DNA of 64,000 nt from Nitrosopumilus sp. (lineage in GTDB: Archaea; Thermoproteota; Nitrososphaeria; Nitrososphaerales; Nitrosopumilaceae). The notes below the pieces were generated by a model that saw only the letters and a list, made by a program, of their open reading frames with translations, was not told where the DNA came from and did no database searches. The stretch is from the NCBI GenBank assembly GCA_965218785.1, contig OZ244650.1, positions 1,536,001-1,600,000 of the forward strand. Reading direction: 5' to 3'. This document shows, piece after piece, positions 9,829 through 19,840 of this stretch (its first letter is position 1; every line of letters begins with the position of its first letter). The translations under genes were made by a program, and so were the position numbers.

Positions 9829-10077
9829 ATGAAAGACCCTCATAATTATGCAAAAGTCGGATATTCCATGATCCTAGTCTCTGCAAGTCTTGCAGCGGTG
9901 GGATTACTAGGATTGGCAATTGGCGAGGATGTGCTTTTTTCAGACAACCTACAAAGAGACAATACCATCCACTTTAATGAATGCAAGAAAAATGACTTCA
10001 TGTCAGACGGCTGTGAGAAATACTGGGACAGAATTAACAATAAAATCTCAGGAATCTATGTAGATCTGGACAGGTAG
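9829..10077 (+). CDS. Small membrane-anchored protein
   Basis: One TM helix then a soluble region with a Cys pair. Confidence 0.7.
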   Translation: MKDPHNYAKVGYSMILVSASLAAVGLLGLAIGEDVLFSDNLQRDNTIHFNECKKNDFMSDGCEKYWDRINNKISGIYVDLDR

Positions 10078-10079
10078 TT

Positions 10080-10766
10080 TTACAGTCCGTTGGCAAAATC
10101 TTCTATCATGTTCTGATTTTTAGTCAGTCTGTTCATTGCATAAAATGCACCACCGACGATTCCTGCCTGATAAAAGGTATACAGTAAGACGCCAGAAGAG
10201 GTGGGATCGGATTTTGTAAAACTTAGAACAAGCATGGTAAAAAATACAAACGTTCCAACAAATGTCACCAGTCTATTTAAAAATCCAAAATTCATTCCAA
10301 CGATTCTTTTAGTTGCAGCTGCCATCAGCGTGATACTGGTGATTATCAAAAAAGTAGCTCCGCCATTTGCAATGATGAAATAATTTAACCAGACCAATAG
10401 TCCGTCCTCGAGTACGGAGATATCAGGCATTATACTGCCTCCGTTTATGGCAAAGTTTACAGAGCTGAACATGCCGCCAATTACGAAAAAGAAAAGGAAT
10501 ATTTTTACAATTTTTCTTTTAAATGCGCTACGAATTTCTGTAGGCTTTACGGCCCGTTCTGTAATCTTGACACCATAAAGAAATCCTACGGCCATGGCCG
10601 GAATGAACATGATGTTGATTAGAATCGGGGATTCCCTGTTGACTGCGTCGATTTGGGGATGAAAAATTAGAAATAGAATGACTGCAAGTGTAGCTGCCAC
10701 GCCAAATAATATCAGGCCCAGATACCTGTATCCTACAGGCTCGTAGACATTACCCCAATTCTGCAT
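10080..10766 (-). CDS. Integral membrane protein (about 6 TM)
   Basis: Multiple long hydrophobic segments. Confidence 0.8.
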   Translation of the reverse strand: MQNWGNVYEPVGYRYLGLILFGVAATLAVILFLIFHPQIDAVNRESPILINIMFIPAMAVGFLYGVKITERAVKPTEIRSAFKRKIVKIFLFFFVIGGMFSSVNFAINGGSIMPDISVLEDGLLVWLNYFIIANGGATFLIITSITLMAAATKRIVGMNFGFLNRLVTFVGTFVFFTMLVLSFTKSDPTSSGVLLYTFYQAGIVGGAFYAMNRLTKNQNMIEDFANGL

Positions 10767-10869
10767 TTTATTGAGTCATAGAAAAATCATTAAAGAGCAA
10801 ATCGAAAAATCATTTGGTCAAATGGTATAGAGATTTTACCCTTTTTAATGGGAGCAGGGCAGGTCATTC

Positions 10870-11079
10870 ATGAAGATGGGTGCCTCATTAATCATCATAG
10901 GCAGCATCATCGTGGTTTCTGGCACGATATTTCAATTTCAAGGCCAGTCAGTAATAGGACCAGAGTCCTCTTTTATGTATGCAAATCCGGAATGGATCAC
11001 GTATGGAATTCAAATCGCAATAGCAGGAGCCGTGGTATGCGGTGCAGGCATAGTAATCAGCAAGCTCAGAAAAAATTAG
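10870..11079 (+). CDS. Small 2-TM membrane protein
   Basis: Two hydrophobic helices flanking QGQSVIGPESSFMY..W. Confidence 0.7.
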   Translation: MKMGASLIIIGSIIVVSGTIFQFQGQSVIGPESSFMYANPEWITYGIQIAIAGAVVCGAGIVISKLRKN

Positions 11080-11306
11080 TCAGATACGCGAAGGGTTATA
11101 GTACTTTTGATTTTTTGCATCTTTCGAATTTTTGAGGCGATTATTTCATTCATTTGTGAGGGGGTATCTGTAACAAATTCGGCAACAACGTCATAATTGC
11201 CAAAAGTTATCAGGCAATTTTTGACTTCGGGAATGTCTTTTAGTTGGGAATACAGGTACTGTTCTTCCCCCATTTCACAACTAATCAGCATGTATGCCTT
11301 GTCCAT
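11076..11306 (-). CDS. Stand-alone Lrp/AsnC ligand-binding domain protein
   Basis: AYMLISC...FGNYDVVAEF...IKSTITL. Confidence 0.88.
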   Translation of the reverse strand: MDKAYMLISCEMGEEQYLYSQLKDIPEVKNCLITFGNYDVVAEFVTDTPSQMNEIIASKIRKMQKIKSTITLRVSD

Positions 11307-11373
11307 CTTATTATATCATTTTGGGATACACCAACTTAAAGACATCTAAGGAATTGTTTTGGTGAAATACATC

Positions 11374-12570
11374 TCAAAATCCAGCAAATATTGGATCGGC
11401 GGGCTTTATTATTTCCCGTAACAGAATTGTCGCAAAAGAACCCCGTGATAATGAAAATTCCACAACGTCATCATATGAGGAATAATCAGAGCAGTGCACT
11501 GCGGCCTGTCTAAAACCGCCTTCACTGCTTACTTCCTGCATCTCTTTTATGAAAAAATCTTTTGGGGCAATCTCCTCGCGTTCTAATATTTTTGAGATTT
11601 GGTAGTCAAATCTTGTTTTTTTGTAGTAAGAATATCCGACAAAAGGCAGTGCCAAGCGTTGATCTAATCCCTGTACATACTTGCCAATTATAGATTTAGA
11701 GTCAAAACAGACATCGTCTGGACGTGCTTCAAAAAGATCCTCACCGTCAGAGAAGGCCAGACTCAGAGACTGATTAAAGATAAGGGACTGGTACGCCTGA
11801 ATGTAAAATCTTCGCAGCGATATTGGAATGCGGCGAATCGCACGAAGGGCATCCCCGTGTTCAATCATTTCTTTTAGGACGATTCTCTCAATATCCATTT
11901 GGGGTGGAACCTGATCAAGGTATTTCAGATAATTCTCTCTCTCAGCAAGCTTTTCACGGATCTCGGTATTTTCCTTTGAATCAAAGACAGATGTAAAGGA
12001 CAAAATCAATTCAACTGCCTTTGGAAAATCTCTCTGCAGGATTGCCTTTCCGACAAGATGAGTGACAGGCCTTTTTGAACCAAATCTCTGATATCCATAA
12101 AAATTTAGAATTTTGTCATGGTCGGTAAAAGAAGACAGACCGGCTGCAGACTCGGAAATTTTTATTTTAAAATGATTTGCCACCATGTCTTTTTTTGACA
12201 GCGGTTTTTTTACAAATCCGATTTTTTCAACAGAGTATCTGTCTGTTGAAAAATTTTTGATTGTTTTTCCCTTATTTCCAGAACAGACAAACTGCTCAGT
12301 TATTGCAGAGGCGTCCTTTAATCCAAGCGCCTTTAAGCGTATTCCTTTTCTTCGAAAAATATCAGACAATGCATGATTGGTATCAATCTTTTTCTTTTTC
12401 AGCTTGTAAACGACGTAACCACTCTGATCATTTATGGAATTTTCCGCTTTTTGGGAGATTACTTCAGATACCTGAAAGTCTTCAGGAACAACTCTGATTT
12501 TTCCGCCTATGCCATTAAATTTTGTGCTGTAAACGTTGATGCCAATCTGAGAATCTAAATCAGGTATCAC
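11374..12570 (-). CDS. truD: tRNA pseudouridine(13) synthase
   Basis: PEDFQV, GLKDASAITEQ, NFYGYQRFG, FSLSRGSFATILLRE. Confidence 0.95.
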   Translation of the reverse strand: MIPDLDSQIGINVYSTKFNGIGGKIRVVPEDFQVSEVISQKAENSINDQSGYVVYKLKKKKIDTNHALSDIFRRKGIRLKALGLKDASAITEQFVCSGNKGKTIKNFSTDRYSVEKIGFVKKPLSKKDMVANHFKIKISESAAGLSSFTDHDKILNFYGYQRFGSKRPVTHLVGKAILQRDFPKAVELILSFTSVFDSKENTEIREKLAERENYLKYLDQVPPQMDIERIVLKEMIEHGDALRAIRRIPISLRRFYIQAYQSLIFNQSLSLAFSDGEDLFEARPDDVCFDSKSIIGKYVQGLDQRLALPFVGYSYYKKTRFDYQISKILEREEIAPKDFFIKEMQEVSSEGGFRQAAVHCSDYSSYDDVVEFSLSRGSFATILLREIIKPADPIFAGF

Positions 12571-14177
12571 GTTATTGTCACTGTAATGAATTTACTAACT
12601 GCAATGTCAGAAGATTGTGCCCCAAGTAAGACTTTGTATGTGCCTGGGGTGGCGTCTTCTGAGGCAGAGATCGTTGCATGAACTGTTCTGGGAGCACCAG
12701 AATCTAATTGAAACTCGTGTGGGGTATCATGATCAAGTTCGATATTTAGAAAATCACGCGTGGTGGACAGGATTAATGAGACGTCCATCAAGTCTTTTTG
12801 GGATTGAGGATATATAATGAAGTTAAAATGCTTCGAGCCTCCAGGATCAAGGGGGACAGCATCAGACTCTAGCTGGATTTCCATCGGCAGTGGCACGGAA
12901 GTATCGACTACGCCGATATTGTTTTCAACCCATTCAGTAAACCAGATTTTTTCACCATGTATGGTAAAATCAAATGTCTGTGCCAAACCGCAGTTCTCCA
13001 ACACCGTATCAATTCCAGAACAGTCTCCCCAGTAGGGATTCTTTGAGGGGATCTGATATTCCACAAGAGACTGGGATTTTGGATCCATTACGGATATGTT
13101 GTTTGCAGCATGTGGATTAAAAATTAGACGTCCCTGTTCATCCACATCAATCCAATAGGGTCGGGATATCGGAGACTGGGAAATTCCCGTCTGATTTCCA
13201 TATGTATCAAGTATGGGGTCGGCAGTGACATACTGGGTGAATTGTTCAGTCATGGGATCAAAATTAAAAAAGAACGAAGATGCCGTATCAGACAACCAGA
13301 CAGTTCCATCATCAGTTGTTACTGCCCCGTTTGGAGCAATCATTTCAGCAGGCAGTGACCAGGTCTCAACAAAGTCAGATGAAGCAAGGAGTTGTTGTTG
13401 TTGTTCTTCATCGGCATTTACAATGGAATCAAAATACTTGCTCTGATCCAATTTGACCAGAAACCCCTCACTCTGGAATAGCCAGTTTGTATACCAGACA
13501 TTATCATCTGCATCAATTGCAAAATCAGAAGTTACAGAACCATTTACAGGCGATGGAATGTCAATATAATTTGCAACCGCAGAGGATTCAGTGGGATCCA
13601 GGAATGTGAGCTTGTTTCCAACAAAATCATTTACAATAATTTGAGAACCGTGGACTAGAAGCCTTTGAGGCAGTGGGTTTTTCACGCCAGTATACGCCAG
13701 TCGCTCGTATGTCTCATCAAGAGTTGAGAACTTCCAAACAGAATCAAATGCTTCATCAGTAAACCATACTGAACCATCCGGGGCATAATCCATTCCCCAC
13801 ATCATTGAACGGCCGCCAAGCGGCCAGAAGGGATTGTCATATTCTGTGAATGACTCAGAGATCGGATCAAACTTTGCCACTTTGCCGGTATTTGTTTGGG
13901 CAAACCAAACATTTCCATAATAATCAGTTGTGATCGCCAATGGATTTGTGCACTGCGTTGGAATCGAGAATTCCTGTATGTAATCAGTGGATCTGGCAAT
14001 GCCAGAACCGCAAAATTGTGCACGTTCTTCAGGTGGGTAATTATCCGCGGGAGTCCCAGTAAGTTCAAGTTCTGGATTAGTCGGGTCAATTCCAGGAATT
14101 GCGATTGCAATAGTCGAGGTAAGCATGATTCCGCCTAAAAACGCAAATGCCAGAATTCCTTTAAGCCTCTTTTTCAC
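12567..14177 (-). CDS. Secreted Vgb (virginiamycin B lyase)-like beta-propeller protein
   Basis: Signal peptide; repeated DG.VWFT propeller blades; C-terminal Ig-like domain. Confidence 0.8.
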   Translation of the reverse strand: MKKRLKGILAFAFLGGIMLTSTIAIAIPGIDPTNPELELTGTPADNYPPEERAQFCGSGIARSTDYIQEFSIPTQCTNPLAITTDYYGNVWFAQTNTGKVAKFDPISESFTEYDNPFWPLGGRSMMWGMDYAPDGSVWFTDEAFDSVWKFSTLDETYERLAYTGVKNPLPQRLLVHGSQIIVNDFVGNKLTFLDPTESSAVANYIDIPSPVNGSVTSDFAIDADDNVWYTNWLFQSEGFLVKLDQSKYFDSIVNADEEQQQQLLASSDFVETWSLPAEMIAPNGAVTTDDGTVWLSDTASSFFFNFDPMTEQFTQYVTADPILDTYGNQTGISQSPISRPYWIDVDEQGRLIFNPHAANNISVMDPKSQSLVEYQIPSKNPYWGDCSGIDTVLENCGLAQTFDFTIHGEKIWFTEWVENNIGVVDTSVPLPMEIQLESDAVPLDPGGSKHFNFIIYPQSQKDLMDVSLILSTTRDFLNIELDHDTPHEFQLDSGAPRTVHATISASEDATPGTYKVLLGAQSSDIAVSKFITVTIT

Positions 14178-14222
14178 AAATAAGGAATCATAATTGCCTT
14201 GTTATATCTTATTCCAAATAAC

Positions 14223-14597
14223 TTAGAGCAGTTTCAAATCGCCGGTCACCTTATCGATCAGATTTTCAGGGGCAGGGCCAATAGAGATGCAGGTAGTGGT
14301 TCCAGGAGCTATCTGGGTATGTCCGGCATCTGTGACTTTGGACCAAGGAAGATTCAAATCAATTGCATGTCTCTGAACTTGATCAAGACTCTTTAGATCA
14401 TCCACCCTGAGTACGATTTTTTCCTGACCAACCCACCATTGTTCATACCATTGAGGGTGGGATCTTCGTACATGTTCGGCACCAAGAACGCAGGCATGTC
14501 CCACCTGGGCGGCGATCTTTCCTTTTCCCATCTGTAGATCGGTTCTAACGACAATTACCTGCTTGATATCGCCCATACTGTTATCAGATACAGGCAT
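14223..14597 (-). CDS. pth2: Peptidyl-tRNA hydrolase, archaeal type
   Basis: KQVIVVRTDLQMGKGKIAAQVGHA, DAGHTQI, IDKVTGDLKLL. Confidence 0.96.
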   Translation of the reverse strand: MPVSDNSMGDIKQVIVVRTDLQMGKGKIAAQVGHACVLGAEHVRRSHPQWYEQWWVGQEKIVLRVDDLKSLDQVQRHAIDLNLPWSKVTDAGHTQIAPGTTTCISIGPAPENLIDKVTGDLKLL

Positions 14598-14642
14598 GAT
14601 GAAAAACTTTTAAAATAAATAATTGACAAATAAACAAAATCT

Positions 14643-15779
14643 ATGGACTTTGATGTAGTGGTTGCAGGAGGCAGTGTTGCAGGATTGTTATGTGCCAGAG
14701 AGATTGCTTCAAATGGGTTTTCAGTACTCGTCATTGAAGAAGATTATGAGATAGGAACCCCGGAACACTGTGGAGGACTAGTAAGCATGGCAGGACTGGA
14801 GGAACTGGGCATAATTCCATTTAGAAAAACCTTTGATCATATTATAAAGACTGCCAAAGTTACAGCGCCAAACGGAAACAGTTTCACAATTAATTCAGAG
14901 AATCAAAAGGTAGTTGAGATTAGCAGAAGGGAGTTAGACAAGCAGATAGCTTTTCAAGCCCAAAAAAACGGGGCGGTAATCAAGGTCAAAACAAGTCTTC
15001 AAGAAATCACAGATACAGGAGTTAGAACCAATGAGGAAAAAATTGATTGTAAAATTATTGTTGATGCAAGGGGGGCATCATCACTTGTACAAAAGGACAG
15101 GACGGGAATTTTGTCATCGGCACAGTATGAAATCTATGCTGACTGGATTAGCAAGGGCAGTGTGGAGGTAGTCTTTGATCAGGAAAAATATCCGGGGTTC
15201 TTTGCATGGATAATTCCATCAGGTGAGGGCAAGGGCAAGGTGGGAGTTGCCGGAAGAGGCATCAACGTAGCTGAAGCGTTGGAGTGCATTCTAAAAGAAA
15301 AAGGAACGTATTCAACGATTAGAAAAATCTTTGCCCCAATCTGGATAAAGGGGCCGATTGAAAAATTTGTGGAAGGAAGGACTGTAATCATCGGAGATGC
15401 CGCAGGACAGGCAAAGCCGACCACTGCAGGAGGGATTTTTACAAGCGGAATGGGCGGAGTTTACGCAGGAGGAGCAATATCCAAATTCCTGAAAACAGGC
15501 AACAGGGAAGAACTAGAACAGTATCAAAAAAAATGGATGCGGCGGTTTGGCAAGGAATTTGAAAAACAGGCATTTGCAAGAAAAATTTTGGAACGAATAA
15601 ACAATGAAACAATCAATAAACTGTTTGAATCAGTTACGCCGGAGATCATAGCGGAGATTTCAGAAAAAGATGATTTTGATTTTCACACCAGTTCAATTGT
15701 CAAACTACTGGGAATAAAGGGATCAATTAAAACGGCACAGGCTCTAATCGGCGGGGAATTTAAAAAATTACTTGACTAA
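14643..15779 (+). CDS. Geranylgeranyl reductase family FAD-dependent oxidoreductase
   Basis: GGSVAG, HCGG, PGFFAWIIP, IGDAAGQ..P.TAGGI. Confidence 0.88.
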   Translation: MDFDVVVAGGSVAGLLCAREIASNGFSVLVIEEDYEIGTPEHCGGLVSMAGLEELGIIPFRKTFDHIIKTAKVTAPNGNSFTINSENQKVVEISRRELDKQIAFQAQKNGAVIKVKTSLQEITDTGVRTNEEKIDCKIIVDARGASSLVQKDRTGILSSAQYEIYADWISKGSVEVVFDQEKYPGFFAWIIPSGEGKGKVGVAGRGINVAEALECILKEKGTYSTIRKIFAPIWIKGPIEKFVEGRTVIIGDAAGQAKPTTAGGIFTSGMGGVYAGGAISKFLKTGNREELEQYQKKWMRRFGKEFEKQAFARKILERINNETINKLFESVTPEIIAEISEKDDFDFHTSSIVKLLGIKGSIKTAQALIGGEFKKLLD

Positions 15780-15914
15780 AACCAGATGGTTGCATGACAT
15801 ACTAAATCCAGTCCACCGTCATAACTCGATTCCAACAAGACAAAAGAACAACAGTATAAACGACACGCCCAAACTCTAAGGAAGGTATAAATGATGTTGA
15901 CAGAAGATCGGGAT

Positions 15915-16094
15915 ATGTCATCTACTATTTCATTACCAACATGCAGCTGTTGTCACAAACATATTATGCCCAATGATAAATGCGTAAAATTCAACTGTCC
16001 CAACTGCGGCGAGGATTTGATTTGGAGATGTCAAAGTTGCAGGGAAGCGGCAAGAAACTATACTTGTTCATCATGCAGTTTTCAGGGACCTTAA
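15915..16094 (+). CDS. Small zinc-finger protein (HVO_2753/DUF1610-like)
   Basis: Four CxxC motifs, F.CP.CG, ends F.GP; sits upstream of EF-1beta as is typical in archaea. Confidence 0.88.
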   Translation: MSSTISLPTCSCCHKHIMPNDKCVKFNCPNCGEDLIWRCQSCREAARNYTCSSCSFQGP

Positions 16095-16098
16095 GAAA

Positions 16099-16380
16099 AT
16101 GGCACAGTTATTATTTATCACAAAAATCCTCCCAAAAGGAATCGAAGTGGATTTGGAGAAAATGGCAGAAACCATAAAGTCTTCACTGCCAGAGGGGATT
16201 ACAATGAAGAGGCATGCAAAAGAACCATTGGCGTTTGGATTGGAGTGTCTCATGGCGGAGTTCATTTTAGAAGACAAGGAAGGCCAGAGTGACGCGTTGG
16301 AGAATGCCGTAAAATCAACAGAGGGTGTTAGCGAGTTAGAAGTCCTCAACATGAGCAGAATGTCTGTTGACATGAAATAG
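16099..16380 (+). CDS. ef1b: Translation elongation factor 1-beta
   Basis: KILP..EVDL, EPLAFGL motif, 93 aa. Confidence 0.93.
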   Translation: MAQLLFITKILPKGIEVDLEKMAETIKSSLPEGITMKRHAKEPLAFGLECLMAEFILEDKEGQSDALENAVKSTEGVSELEVLNMSRMSVDMK

Positions 16381-16388
16381 GTGGTTTT

Positions 16389-18557
16389 TTGGTACGCACC
16401 GAAGGGCCTTTGCAGATGCGAATTGGAGAGGCAAAGCAGAGGGATGTCGGTAAAAAACGTGCAAGAATCGGGCCTGATGCCATGGATTTTCTCAAGGCCA
16501 CACCGGGGGACATTATCGAGGTGATTGGTTCTAGAACCAGTTGTGCAGTTGTATGGCCAGTCGATGAGGATGAAAAGTTTCCAGACATTATTAGAGTCGA
16601 TGGGCAGACCAGAAAAAATGTCGGAGCGTCTCTAAATGACATTGTAAAGATTAAAAAAGTAACATCAAAAATTGCAAAGACGATCTCTTTAACACCTGTA
16701 AATGATTCTGTTACAGTAGACAAGGAATTCACGGATTTTGTCAAAAACAGGCTAAAGGGGCTGCCAATCACGTATGGCGATGAGATTTCAGTGATGATTC
16801 TAGGAAATTCAATGGACTTTAAAATTACAAAGACCACCCCAAAGGGAGTAGTCAAGATAGATCGTTCCACAAATCTCAACATTTCAACTGAGGCCACAGT
16901 TGACAGAAAAGTCCGCGTGACATACGAAGAAGTAGGCGGGCTCAGACACGAAGTCAAGGCAATGAGGGAGATCGTCGAGTTGCCATTAAAACATCCGGAA
17001 TTATTCTCAAGATTGGGAATTGAGCCGCACAGTGGAATTTTACTTTATGGACCGCCAGGATGTGGAAAGACCCTGCTTGCAAAAGTTCTTGCAAGTGAAT
17101 CAGAGGCCAACATGTTCTTGATTAACGGTCCGGAAATAATGAACAAGTATTATGGTGAGACAGAAGCTAAGATCAGGGATATCTTCAAAGAGGCCAAAGA
17201 CAACTCACCGAGCATAATATTCATTGATGAGATTGACGCAATTGCACCAAAAAGAGAGGAGGCCTACGGGGATGTCGAGAAGAGAGTCGTGGCCCAGTTA
17301 TTGGCATTGATGGACGGTCTTAATGACAGGGGAAACGTGATCGTACTTGGTGCTACAAACAGACCAGAAAGTGTTGATCCTGCACTTAGAAGACCGGGCA
17401 GATTTGACAGGGAGTTTGAGATATCGGTACCCAATGAAGATGAAAGACTGGATATTCTTTTGATTCACACCCGCGGGATGCCGGTAAATGATGATGTGGA
17501 TCTAAAAGATCTGTCATCGGAACTGCACGGATATACCGGTGCGGACATCAAATCGCTTTGCAGAGAGGCGGCAATGAAATCAATTAGAAGATACTTGCCG
17601 GAAATTGATCTAGAGACGGAAAAAATTTCCTCCAAGGTACTACAATCAATGCAGATCAAACTAATTGATTTTTACGATGCAATGCACGAGGTGATTCCCA
17701 CGGCAATGAGGGAATTTTATGTTGAAAGACCAAAGATATGGTGGAAAGATGTAGGAGGATTAGATGCGATCAAGAAATCATTGACAGACAACCTCATTAC
17801 TGCAATGAGAGAACCAAGTAAGTTCACAAAGATGGGAATCAGGGCGCCAAGGGGAGCTTTGATATATGGACCGCCAGGATGTGGAAAGACCCTGCTTGGT
17901 CGGGCACTAGCTACTGAAACTGGTGCAAACATGATTTTAGTCAGGGGACCTGAGATTCTTTCAAAATGGATTGGAGAGTCTGAAAAGGCAGTCAGAGAGA
18001 TATTTAGAAAGGCAAAGGCATCCTCGCCATGCGTGGTTATTTTTGATGAATTAGACTCGTTGGCACGTTACAGGTCAGGAGAAGGCGGTGTAAGTGAGAC
18101 TGTCCTGAGTCAATTACTCACAGAGATTGAGGAGGGCGTCTCTTCACGGGTGGTGGTAATTGGAATAACAAACAGACCCGATGTCTTGGATAACTCCTTG
18201 TTGAGAACAGGAAGGCTGGACTTGGTTTTATATGTAGAGCCTCCAGATGAAAAGGGGAGATTGGAGATCATCAAAATTCTAACTAGAAAAATGCCGCTAA
18301 CAGGTGACATAAAACTACAAGAGATCGCAGTTGCTACACAAAATTATACGGGCGCGGATTTGGCGGCACTTTGCAGGGAGGCGGCAGTTCAAGCCATGAA
18401 AAACAATTCATCGAAAATATCGAGCCAGGATTTTGCAAATAGTTTGAAGCAAATCAGGCCGTCTATTACTAAGGAAGTGGATCAGTGGTACAACACCGTA
18501 AGAGAAAGTATATCTAACGTGGTACCAAAGTCAGGAGATAAAACATTCTACGGATAA
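16389..18557 (+). CDS. cdc48: CDC48/VCP family AAA+ ATPase
   Basis: N-domain plus two AAA modules (GPPGCGKT x2, IDEID/FDELD, RPGRFD/RTGRLD). Confidence 0.97.
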   Translation: MVRTEGPLQMRIGEAKQRDVGKKRARIGPDAMDFLKATPGDIIEVIGSRTSCAVVWPVDEDEKFPDIIRVDGQTRKNVGASLNDIVKIKKVTSKIAKTISLTPVNDSVTVDKEFTDFVKNRLKGLPITYGDEISVMILGNSMDFKITKTTPKGVVKIDRSTNLNISTEATVDRKVRVTYEEVGGLRHEVKAMREIVELPLKHPELFSRLGIEPHSGILLYGPPGCGKTLLAKVLASESEANMFLINGPEIMNKYYGETEAKIRDIFKEAKDNSPSIIFIDEIDAIAPKREEAYGDVEKRVVAQLLALMDGLNDRGNVIVLGATNRPESVDPALRRPGRFDREFEISVPNEDERLDILLIHTRGMPVNDDVDLKDLSSELHGYTGADIKSLCREAAMKSIRRYLPEIDLETEKISSKVLQSMQIKLIDFYDAMHEVIPTAMREFYVERPKIWWKDVGGLDAIKKSLTDNLITAMREPSKFTKMGIRAPRGALIYGPPGCGKTLLGRALATETGANMILVRGPEILSKWIGESEKAVREIFRKAKASSPCVVIFDELDSLARYRSGEGGVSETVLSQLLTEIEEGVSSRVVVIGITNRPDVLDNSLLRTGRLDLVLYVEPPDEKGRLEIIKILTRKMPLTGDIKLQEIAVATQNYTGADLAALCREAAVQAMKNNSSKISSQDFANSLKQIRPSITKEVDQWYNTVRESISNVVPKSGDKTFYG

Positions 18558-18559
18558 AA

Positions 18560-18856
18560 ATGGCCATTCCACTGCAAAATAAAATACATGACAAGATTAA
18601 GGAGGCAAGATCCCTAATTGATGCTGATCTCTACAAAGTCTTGCTAAAGGAAGGACATGTTCTTCCCGAAGACAAGTTCAATAAACTACTTTTAGACTTG
18701 GAGATACTTGGATTAATCAAGGTATCGTGGATTACAAAGGATGAACGTAGAATAGAGATCAACATTGTTGAAAAGGAGACAGACACAGTTGAAGAACAAA
18801 ACAAGGAAATGATGGAAAAGGATTACGAGGCCAGTTTTCCAGGCTTTGAAAAATAG
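18560..18856 (+). CDS. Hypothetical protein, probable winged-helix fold with acidic tail
   Basis: FNKLLLDLEILGLIKV wHTH-like signature; starts 2 nt after cdc48 stop. Confidence 0.75.
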   Translation: MAIPLQNKIHDKIKEARSLIDADLYKVLLKEGHVLPEDKFNKLLLDLEILGLIKVSWITKDERRIEINIVEKETDTVEEQNKEMMEKDYEASFPGFEK

Positions 18857-19750
18857 TCAGAATAAAGGAATATGAAACGCCGCATCCAGTGCAACGGCTA
18901 GAAAAATTATTGTAAGATACGGAGCCGTGACCTTGTATGCCTTCCAGGCAAATTCGGATGTAGGATTCTTTGTCAGTTGGTAGTGGTATGCAAGCATCAA
19001 TCCGCCAGAGGCAGCAGCAATTATTACATAAACAACACCCAGTCCGTCTGGAATAAATGAAAGCATCAAAGAGTACGGAAGCAGGATCATCGTGTTTCCC
19101 AAAATGTACTTTGATGTCTTTTGCATGCCGACTACTACAGGCAGCATTGGAACCTCGGCCTGTGCATACTCGTCTTTAATCTTCATTGCAAGGCACCAGA
19201 AATGGGAGGGAGTCCAGACAAATACCAGGAAGCCAACCAGGAATCCTAGCAAATCCATGCTGCCAGTAGCTGCAGACCATCCTGCCCAGGCAGCGGCACT
19301 GCCGGCAATTCCGCCAATGACAATGTTTGAGGTGTTCAGACGTTTTAGCCAGACGGTGTAAATGATCACATATGAAAATATGCCGACTGCGATAAAAAAG
19401 GCAGAAACGGCATTTAGTGCAAAGAATCCATATATCACAGACACGCAGCTTACAATCAATCCATAAATCAGAACATTGGATGCTGCCATTCGTCCGGATG
19501 GAATGGGTCTGGTACTAGTCCTCTTCATTTTGGGATCAATGTCCCTATCATAGTAGTGGTTCAATGCGCTAGACCCAGCAGATGCTAGTGCTCCTGCAAC
19601 AATTATGTGCAAATATGACCAATAATCAAGATCGGCTGCACCATCAACTAGTTTGCTTGCAGCATACATCGAGGTGACTGCGGTGACAACTAAAAGGACG
19701 ACTATCCGGGGCTTGGATATCTCCATTATTTCTTTAAATCCCAATCTCAC
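18857..19750 (-). CDS. cyoE: Protoheme IX farnesyltransferase (heme o synthase)
   Basis: KPRI, N..YDRDIDPKM.RT..RPIPSG, WTPSHFW. Confidence 0.95.
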   Translation of the reverse strand: MRLGFKEIMEISKPRIVVLLVVTAVTSMYAASKLVDGAADLDYWSYLHIIVAGALASAGSSALNHYYDRDIDPKMKRTSTRPIPSGRMAASNVLIYGLIVSCVSVIYGFFALNAVSAFFIAVGIFSYVIIYTVWLKRLNTSNIVIGGIAGSAAAWAGWSAATGSMDLLGFLVGFLVFVWTPSHFWCLAMKIKDEYAQAEVPMLPVVVGMQKTSKYILGNTMILLPYSLMLSFIPDGLGVVYVIIAAASGGLMLAYHYQLTKNPTSEFAWKAYKVTAPYLTIIFLAVALDAAFHIPLF

Positions 19751-19840
19751 TCTATCCTATTCCAAAGCCATTTAATTTCTTCGTCTATGATCATAATATT
19801 TCAAAAGGAATAAGTATCTAAGCCTTACCAGCTATCGTAA

